From Vulcanisaeta distributa DSM 14429 (GTDB lineage Archaea; Thermoproteota; Thermoprotei; Thermoproteales; Thermocladiaceae): DNA of 32,000 bases. The translations under genes were made by a program, and so were the position numbers. This document shows positions 25,674 through 32,000 of this stretch, in pieces. The first letter of the stretch is position 1; each line of letters starts with the position of its first letter. Below the pieces are notes generated by a model. The model searched no databases. It was not told the origin of the DNA and saw nothing but the letters and a program-made list of their open reading frames with translations. The stretch is taken from positions 930,001 through 962,000 of the forward strand of contig NC_014537.1 of assembly GCF_000148385.1 (NCBI RefSeq), given 5' to 3'.

Positions 25674-27372
25674 ATGTGCTATAGTATTATGCGTTTTATC
25701 AAGGGCTTTCCATCAACCATGATGGATGACTACCCACTAAACGTTCATGCAATATTAAGGCATGCTGCGTTATATTTTGGTGAGGATGAGGTTGTGTCTA
25801 GGGATGTTGATGGTAGTATTGCAAGATTAACGTATCGAGATGTTTATGATAGGGTTCAGAGGATGGCCTCGATGCTTGAGAGCGAATTAGGTGTGGGACC
25901 CGGTGATAGGGTTGGCGCACTTGGTGTTAATACCCATAGGTATTACGAGCTTTACTTCGCCGTATCAGGTATTGGCGCTGTTTTTGTTGAGATGAACTTT
26001 AGGTTGTCGCCAGTCGAGATAACTCAATGTGGCTAATCATTCAAAGATTAAGGTTCTCTTCATAGATGCACCGCTCTTAACCCAGTTTTTAGGAATGTAA
26101 TTCCGCAATTTAAGCATGTAGAGAAGGTGGTGGTAATGGGTAGAACAAACGAATCGATAGGATTGAGTGGATTAAGGACTTATGATTATGAGGACCTAGT
26201 GAGGAGTGGTGGTAAGTATGATTTCCCATTCATCGATGAGAGGTCATCATGCTGTGCATGCTATACATCCGGAACCACAGGCATGCCTAAAGGGGTCTAC
26301 TATTCTCATAGATCCTTCGTATTGCATGCAATGGCAATTCACCAGGTATTTCCCATGAGCTCAAGCGATGCGCTTTTGCAGCTTGTTCCGTTATATCACG
26401 TGAATGGTTGGGGAATGCCGTTTGCAGCTACTATGGTCGGCGCAAAGCTTGTTTTTCCGGGTATATGGAGTATAAACGACTTGAAACCCATAATTGATTT
26501 AATGATAAACGAGAAGATAACGCGATCAAATGGCGTGCCTAGCATATGGATATCCATACTCAATTACTTAAGGTCAATGAGCCCTAGGCCGCACTTCAAC
26601 ATGAGGGTTGTAAGTGGTGGTTCAGAGCCGCCGGTGGCTATGATGCGGGGTTTAAGTGAATTTGGTATTGAGGTAGTACATGCGTATGGATCCACTGAGA
26701 CATCGCCGTTAAGCCATGTCTACGTACTTAAGCCTAAGGTGCTTGAGAAATTAAGGACAGAGGATGAGTATTGGGAACATAGGGCTAGGCAGGGCTTACC
26801 CATGTTTCCCATGGAGCGTAAGGTTATTGATGAGTATGGACGTGATGTGCCTTGGGATGGAAAAACACCCGGCGAGCTACTTGAAAGGGGTCCTTGGACA
26901 ATTAGAGAGTACTTCAATGATCAAAGGACATTTGATTCCTTCTATGGTGAAGGTATTGATATCTGGTGTAGGAGTGGTAATGCGGTTGTTATTGATGGAG
27001 ATGGGTATATGAAGATCGTGGATAGACTAAAGGATTTGATAAAGAGTGGTGGCGAGTGGATATCAAGCGTTGACATGGAAAACTACCTAATGGCGCATCC
27101 CGCGGTTTATGAAGCTACTGTGGTCGGAGTACCGCACCCAAAGTGGGGTGAGAGACCGTTAGCGTTCGTGGTCCTAAAGCCTGAGTATAAGAATAGAATA
27201 AAGATAAGAGGAATTAAAGAAAGAATTACTAAATCATTTATCGAGTAGGTTTGCGAAGTGGCAGTTACCGGAGATACTATTTGTTGATTCGATACCAAAG
27301 ACGAACACCGGAAAGTTCGATAAGAAGGTATTGAGGGAGCAGTATAAGGATTATTTTACCAAGGAAAAGTAG
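25674..27372 (+). pseudogene. AMP-dependent acyl-CoA synthetase/ligase gene interrupted by three frameshifts
   Basis: Family-like sequence runs through several frames in turn. Frame 0 covers 25674-26033 (MRFIKGFPSTMMDDYPLNV...NFRLSPVEIT). Frame +1 covers about 26023-26097 (ANHSKIKVLFIDAPLLTQFLG). Frame 0 resumes at about 26052-27248 and includes YTSGTTGMPKGVYYSHRS. Frame +1 covers 27208-27372 (EELKKELLNHLSSRFAKWQLPEILFVDSIPKTNTGKFDKKVLREQY...). In-frame stops lie at 26034, 26049 and 27246. Confidence 0.7.
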
Positions 27373-27432
27373 CGTCACAGCGCTAAAAAGATAGTTTAAT
27401 AAATCCAAGACCTTGTATAGTGCTGATCCATA

Positions 27433-28452
27433 ATGATCATTCCAATTACATTTTTAAAATTTTTAAGGAAAATTCGCAAAATCGCTCGAAGTACAATACT
27501 TTACTCACTAATTCTATTTTTAATTATTTTATTCGTTGGTGCCCTTGCGATGTACTTAATCGAGCATGGTAAGAACCCTGGGTTCAATAATTACTTCAAT
27601 GCTGTTTGGTTTGTGATGGAGACCATAACGACTGTTGGTTACGGCGACGTCGTGCCCAATACATACCTTGGCAAGTTGGTTGATATGATTATTATGCCTG
27701 TGGGTATTGCCACCATTAGTCTATTGACTGCATCGATAGCCACTGAATTAACTAATGTTGCAATAATGAGGAGTGTGGGTCATCACACAACCTCAAAGGG
27801 TAGGCACATCATTGTCATTGGGGATTCTGATAAGGCGCTGAAGGTTATTAGTATAATTGAGGAGTTAATGAATAGGAGGGGCAAGGTCATGGATATTCTC
27901 TATATAAGCAATGGTGATAAGCCACCGTCGTTACCTGCAGATATTGAGTTTATTCGTGGCGATCCATTCAATACCAATGACTTACTGAGGGCTGGTGCAG
28001 ATAGGGCTTCTACCGTGGTCATACTTCCGTTTAATGATGCTGATGTTAAGGCTGCGGATGCTAAGGTTATTCTATTAATCATGAGTATCAGGAAGCTGAA
28101 CCCTAACGCCTACATTATTGCTGAGGTTCTTAATGAGGCTGATAGGGACTATGCCCTGAGGGCTGGTGCTAATTCCGTGATTTCCCTGGGTTCCTTCACG
28201 ACGGTTATGATAGCCAATGAGGTCTTTGATCGTGGTTTATCCTCAGTGTTAATAAATATAGTTAATAGGGGTAACCTGGGCTTAATGGATGCTGATGAGT
28301 ATGTTGGGAGGCAGTTCATAGAGGTTATGCAATTGGTTAAGTCGAGACTGAATTATTTAGTTATTGGTGTGGTTAGGGGTGGTGAGGTCATTCTTAACCC
28401 AGGTAATGACTTGGTGATTCAGTCAGGTGATTCGTTACTTGTCATTAAGTGA
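27433..28452 (+). CDS. two-TM potassium channel with cytoplasmic RCK (TrkA-N/TrkA-C) domain
   Basis: Selectivity filter TTVGYGDV lies between two TM helices. This is followed by HIIVIGDSD... (RCK) and a C-terminal TrkA-C-like part, GNDLVIQSGDSLLVI. Confidence 0.85.
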   Translation: MIIPITFLKFLRKIRKIARSTILYSLILFLIILFVGALAMYLIEHGKNPGFNNYFNAVWFVMETITTVGYGDVVPNTYLGKLVDMIIMPVGIATISLLTASIATELTNVAIMRSVGHHTTSKGRHIIVIGDSDKALKVISIIEELMNRRGKVMDILYISNGDKPPSLPADIEFIRGDPFNTNDLLRAGADRASTVVILPFNDADVKAADAKVILLIMSIRKLNPNAYIIAEVLNEADRDYALRAGANSVISLGSFTTVMIANEVFDRGLSSVLINIVNRGNLGLMDADEYVGRQFIEVMQLVKSRLNYLVIGVVRGGEVILNPGNDLVIQSGDSLLVIK

Positions 28453-29135
28453 TTCATTAATAGCCTTAAAATGCCGTTTAGTGTGTACTCACTTGGAGTT
28501 AGGGGATTTACACCATCATCTCTTATGCGGCTTTCCGTAACCTTACCAATGGCTATCACGGACTTACCCCTAAGCGCATCCCTGGCGCAATCTCTTACTG
28601 CTTCATAGGTCATTGAGCTCATAAAGACGACATAGTCAACGTAATTAATGAGCCTACATGCGATCTCAACGCCTGCAGGATTCGGTCTCACGTCATAGAG
28701 CCTGTACTCAATTACATCATAATTTAATTTTTTAAGTTCGTTAATGATATAATCATTACCCCTTAATGACCTTAACACTACGACCTTACCACGTGGTAAA
28801 TCGCGCATCATATCTATTATACCGTAGCTCGAGAACTCCCTAGGCATTATACATGTAACATTCAGTTTTTCCACCTCACTGCATGTCTGTGGACCAACAC
28901 CAATGACCTTCACATCATTACTTAATTGCCGTAGTTTCTCGCTAACGTACTTCACCACAGTGGTGCTCATTATAATCACGTAATTAACACCGTTAAGTGA
29001 GACCCTGTCAATTGCATCCTCATTGGGCACAACGTCAATAACAGGTACCTGAATTATGTCAGCACCATTGAGGTGAATTGGCCTAATCTTTCCCGAGGCC
29101 CTAAGAATGAGCACCCTTATCATTATTAACACCAA
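28419..29135 (-). CDS. hemD: uroporphyrinogen-III synthase-like protein (HemD family)
   Basis: 238 aa with a two-lobe HemD-like pattern. Elements are VLILR..., YVIIMSTTVVKY, VIGVGPQTC, KVVVLRSLRGNDYIINELKKLNYDVIEYRLYDV, YVVFMSSMTYEAV and IAIGKVTE. This is a pattern-level call only. Confidence 0.55.
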   Translation of the reverse strand: MVLIMIRVLILRASGKIRPIHLNGADIIQVPVIDVVPNEDAIDRVSLNGVNYVIIMSTTVVKYVSEKLRQLSNDVKVIGVGPQTCSEVEKLNVTCIMPREFSSYGIIDMMRDLPRGKVVVLRSLRGNDYIINELKKLNYDVIEYRLYDVRPNPAGVEIACRLINYVDYVVFMSSMTYEAVRDCARDALRGKSVIAIGKVTESRIRDDGVNPLTPSEYTLNGILRLLMNHLMTSNESPD

Positions 29136-30075
29136 GTTCCTCAGCTAGCGACTTTGCTGTGAGTTCAATAGCCTCCCTACTGCTCATACTTGGTCTCCAG
29201 CCAACCTCCTTAACAATCCTCTCAATCGATAATAACATCCTCTTTACATCACCAGGCCAGCCCCTACCATCTGGTGTTGCTGGTTTATAGGTTACCCTTG
29301 GGTTCATGCCGGATACCTTAATCACTATATTCACTATGTCCCCAACACTTATTGAATCCCAGTTCCCAACGTTGTACGTGTAAGTACCACCGTTCTTCAT
29401 GGCGTATTCCCAAGCCTTTAATGTGGCATCTATAGTATCGGTTATGTATAGGTATGATTTTTCCTGTGTACCATCACCGAGGACCTCAAGCTCACTTGGA
29501 TTCCTCTTTAGCTTCATTAGTAAGTCGTAGATCACGCCATGCCTAAGCCTAGGCCCAACAATGTTAGCGTACCTAAGAGTTACGCAGTTAATTCCATAAA
29601 GTCTCGCGTAGGTTCCACACATAATCTCACCAGCCGCCTTAGCAGCGCCATAGACACTTATTGGCTGTATTGGGTGATCCTCAGGTGTTGGTATGGTCTT
29701 AGCATCACCGTACACGGTGCTCGACGATGCGTATACCACGGTTTTAACACCATATTTACGGGATAACTCAAGCACATTAAATGTGGCCAGTACATTCTCG
29801 TCAAAGTGAATCTTAGGTTCGGTCACTGATATCCTGACCTCGGGATTCGCCGCCAGGTGAAACACGGTATCAACGCCCTGAAACACGCCGGGATTACCTA
29901 AGCTCTTTAGGTCATCTCTAACGAACTTAACCCTATCAATTACCTCCTTAAGTCTATTTAAATCCCCTGAGCTTAGATTATCAATGACGATTACGTCAAA
30001 ACCTCTCTCCACAAGCTTCTCCGTTAGGAATGAGCCTATGAAGCCAGCACCGCCAGTTATCAATACTCTCATCAT
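29101..30075 (-). CDS. NAD-dependent nucleotide-sugar epimerase/dehydratase (GalE-like extended SDR)
   Basis: VLITGGAGFIGS, ASSSTVYG and the catalytic YGAAK. 324 aa. Confidence 0.8.
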   Translation of the reverse strand: MMRVLITGGAGFIGSFLTEKLVERGFDVIVIDNLSSGDLNRLKEVIDRVKFVRDDLKSLGNPGVFQGVDTVFHLAANPEVRISVTEPKIHFDENVLATFNVLELSRKYGVKTVVYASSSTVYGDAKTIPTPEDHPIQPISVYGAAKAAGEIMCGTYARLYGINCVTLRYANIVGPRLRHGVIYDLLMKLKRNPSELEVLGDGTQEKSYLYITDTIDATLKAWEYAMKNGGTYTYNVGNWDSISVGDIVNIVIKVSGMNPRVTYKPATPDGRGWPGDVKRMLLSIERIVKEVGWRPSMSSREAIELTAKSLAEELGVNNDKGAHS

Positions 30076-30078
30076 TAA

Positions 30079-30480
30079 TCACCTCATCAACGCTATACTG
30101 ACTAAGCCAATTATTAACCCGAGGAGGAGACCCGTATTTCCCAGGGCTATCTGTATTAAGAGCAGGACCAGCAATACTATTTTCATTAACCTACTTATCC
30201 CACGGGCTTGACTATATAATGCATTGGTTATTAGGTATGTCATTATTAATATTAGTATTATAGATATGGTACCAATTATTCCGATATAACCCATCTGTAG
30301 GACATTATTTATCTGCGATGTGTATATTGATGGGAATGCCGACATAATAGACTCTACAAAGCTTGAGTCTGTATAATACTCAAATTGAAGGTAAATGAGT
30401 ATTCCAGCATTAATTAAGTACAATAGTATGCTTATCCCATAGAGTATATGCCATGCCCTAATCCCCTGCGCCTTACTCAT
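30079..30480 (-). CDS. small integral membrane protein (133 aa, ~4 TM)
   Basis: Hydrophobic helices throughout. The stop lies 3 nt before the GalE-like start. Confidence 0.5.
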   Translation of the reverse strand: MSKAQGIRAWHILYGISILLYLINAGILIYLQFEYYTDSSFVESIMSAFPSIYTSQINNVLQMGYIGIIGTISIILILIMTYLITNALYSQARGISRLMKIVLLVLLLIQIALGNTGLLLGLIIGLVSIALMR

Positions 30481-30498
30481 TGGGTAAAGCCACTACCC

Positions 30499-31266
30499 TT
30501 AGGTTATAAATATTGCAATAATGACCCCAGCAAGCATGCTTATGAAGTGACCAAGCCTATTAATGCCGATGCCGTCTATCACGAGAACCGGTGGTATTGG
30601 TATTAATAGCCACAATGATTCATAAACCGTGTACAGTATTATTAGGAAGTTGAGCAAATGCATAGGTCTAACAGGCCCCTTCACAGTATTTATCAACGAG
30701 GCCGCTAGGACCGCCCCCATTAATCCCATGGTCATTGCTGATAAACCGTAAGTTGCGATAATCCTGTTATACATTAGGGATAGAATTACGGTAGAAACTC
30801 CAATACCAATTATACCCGTTAGAACACCTGCCAGTAAGTAATACCTTAGTCTAAGCTCTAGCACGGCGATAGCCGTCACGAACATGAAGATGGGCAATGT
30901 ACCAACTAGGTCAGTGACACTGTCCGGTAATAATGATATGAATAGGTAAATGATAACGTAGAGGAAGCCCCTAATTATACTCTGTCTCATCTCAGTAAGC
31001 GCCTCATTCAAAATTAATTCTGGTTTTATTAGAAAAATTGACGCGTAACTAATCAACACTATTAGCGTTATCACAGTTATATAGGAATAACCAATACCTA
31101 AGCCCTTACGTAACCTACTCAATATGTAAATAAACAGTATGAACAGTATGAACTCAGGAAGCAACGCGTAGTAACTCGGTATTAGTACTGCGACTAACGT
31201 ACTTATTGCCGCGATTATTAATACAGCTGGGTAATAAAGCACAAGGGCTGATGCCTTAATCCTCAT
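30499..31266 (-). CDS. polytopic membrane protein (255 aa, ~8 TM), unknown family
   Basis: Almost entirely hydrophobic. YGLSAMTMGLMGAVLA and RLGHFISMLAG faintly recall the rhomboid Ser/His helices, but the upstream H..N motif is missing. Confidence 0.5.
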   Translation of the reverse strand: MRIKASALVLYYPAVLIIAAISTLVAVLIPSYYALLPEFILFILFIYILSRLRKGLGIGYSYITVITLIVLISYASIFLIKPELILNEALTEMRQSIIRGFLYVIIYLFISLLPDSVTDLVGTLPIFMFVTAIAVLELRLRYYLLAGVLTGIIGIGVSTVILSLMYNRIIATYGLSAMTMGLMGAVLAASLINTVKGPVRPMHLLNFLIILYTVYESLWLLIPIPPVLVIDGIGINRLGHFISMLAGVIIAIFIT

Positions 31267-31331
31267 GGCTATTCCTGACCCATAGTATTAGGTTTTTAAT
31301 ATGCATTACATTATGTGATCAACGATACCTT

Positions 31332-31904
31332 GTGAGGATCGTTATCGTACTTCACGGATCGAGGGATCCCGATTATCTAAGTAGTGTGGAGAGCTTCGCA
31401 AAAAATGTTGGTGTTAGTTATGCATTTACTTCATACTCTGAACCATCAATAAATAATGTTATTGGCGACATATACATACCGTTATTCATTGGGTATGGTA
31501 AGGACTATGAGAGGGCAGTAGCTATAACGGGCTTTGAGACACCACCAATGCTTGAGTGGCCGTATGTGAGGGACTTCCTCCTAAGCCTCGGTCCTGGCCT
31601 ATACGTATTTCATGGAGAGAATGATCCGAGGTTCATTGATAGTGTAAGTAAATTGAGTATCCAGGACATTGTCTTTCTCAAAATTGAACCTATGCTAGAG
31701 GATTATTTAATTAATCATTGCCCAGGTAAGGTGATTCCTGTGGTCTTTACCCAAGGCGTGATCTATAAGGAGATTTCAACAGTGGTTAGGAAATCATGCT
31801 CTAACACCGAAGTTCTAAAACCCCTCTTTGAGCTTCAGGAGTTCATAACATACTTTAGGAATTTACTACCATGGCTATTACAAAATACCAGGCGGGTTAG
31901 ATAA
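31332..31904 (+). CDS. CbiX-type class-II chelatase-like protein (sirohydrochlorin cobaltochelatase family), two fused half-domains
   Basis: GTG start. Two repeats of the CbiX pattern are present. The first is IVIVLHGSRDP...IPLFIGYGKDY. The second is LYVFHGENDPRF...IPVVFTQGVIYKEI. The next gene is cbiB-like. Confidence 0.5.
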   Translation: MRIVIVLHGSRDPDYLSSVESFAKNVGVSYAFTSYSEPSINNVIGDIYIPLFIGYGKDYERAVAITGFETPPMLEWPYVRDFLLSLGPGLYVFHGENDPRFIDSVSKLSIQDIVFLKIEPMLEDYLINHCPGKVIPVVFTQGVIYKEISTVVRKSCSNTEVLKPLFELQEFITYFRNLLPWLLQNTRRVR

Positions 31905-31905
31905 T

Positions 31906-32000
31906 ATGAAGGCTATTTTTGAGACGGTAATGCTATATTACATCACGATTTTAATGACCTCAGTAATACTTGACTTAGTACTTGGTGAGCCTAAGGGTGT
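31906..32000 (+). CDS. cbiB: adenosylcobinamide-phosphate synthase CbiB/CobD, N-terminal fragment (runs off the window)
   Basis: MKAIFETVMLYYITILMTSVILDLVLGEPKG is a hydrophobic N-terminus with the LDxxxGEP motif typical of CbiB. Only 31 codons are visible. Confidence 0.5.
   Translation, partial: MKAIFETVMLYYITILMTSVILDLVLGEPKG

Noticed and set aside
25674-27372. Programmed ribosomal frameshifting as an explanation for the split acyl-CoA synthetase.
   Set aside because: Three separate shifts are needed, two of them within 70 nt. I see no slippery heptamer or downstream structure at the junctions. Decay or homopolymer sequencing error is more economical.
20444-29135. Convergent 3'-end overlaps: permease/TrkA (26 nt) and K+ channel/HemD-like (34 nt).
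   Set aside because: This is common in compact archaeal genomes and nothing beyond the overlap itself was seen. Only the wHTH pair overlap is reported as a finding, because both partners are regulators.
30499-31266. Rhomboid intramembrane protease call for the 255-aa membrane protein (GLSAxxxGLxGA and GHF motifs).
   Set aside because: The upstream H-x3-N oxyanion motif is absent and the helix count and order do not fit. It is left as an unknown membrane protein.
1-32000. CRISPR arrays, transposases/integrases, IS elements and rRNA genes.
   Set aside because: I looked for regularly spaced direct repeats and for DDE, tyrosine-recombinase or serine-recombinase motifs in all long ORFs and found none.

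Overview
All calls come from reading the sequence and the ORF track by eye; no searches, HMMs or folding programs were run. The window looks like a compact archaeal chromosome, most likely a Thermoproteales-type crenarchaeon. Supporting signs are tightly packed or overlapping genes, many TTG/GTG starts, A/T-rich TATA-like boxes about 25 nt before start codons (leaderless style), and a tRNA with a non-canonical intron.

Recognisable housekeeping genes:
- Amino-acid metabolism: threonine dehydratase tail plus RidA, a MetE-like methyltransferase, and an AsnRS-like paralogue.
- Cofactor synthesis: MoeA, and a scattered cobalamin/tetrapyrrole set (CobQ, HemD-like, CbiX-like, CbiB start).
- Sugar metabolism: a PfkB/KDG-kinase-like sugar kinase and a GalE-like epimerase.
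- Transport: an APC permease, an RCK/TrkA protein, a TVGYGD K+ channel and a MarC-family protein.

Accessory or unusual content:
- A stand-alone Cas4-family nuclease, an orphan NurA-domain nuclease and an overlapping HEPN/nucleotidyltransferase pair.
- A thioredoxin-like protein coupled to a large radical-SAM protein with a helix-hairpin-helix tail.
- A tRNA-Val(GAC) with a 21-nt intron inside the anticodon stem.
- An acyl-CoA synthetase gene broken by three frameshifts.
- A candidate C/D-box sRNA.

The most notable signal is a set of three membrane-anchored, sequon-rich, family-less secreted proteins. Each is preceded by the same upstream DNA module: a 15-nt invariant core TGAACAGCCGGAGTA, with 26 nt identical between two copies. 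Each begins with nearly the same MMGM/MMIMG N-terminus. This suggests a co-regulated, lineage-specific surface-protein set.

No CRISPR array, transposase, integrase or rRNA was seen.
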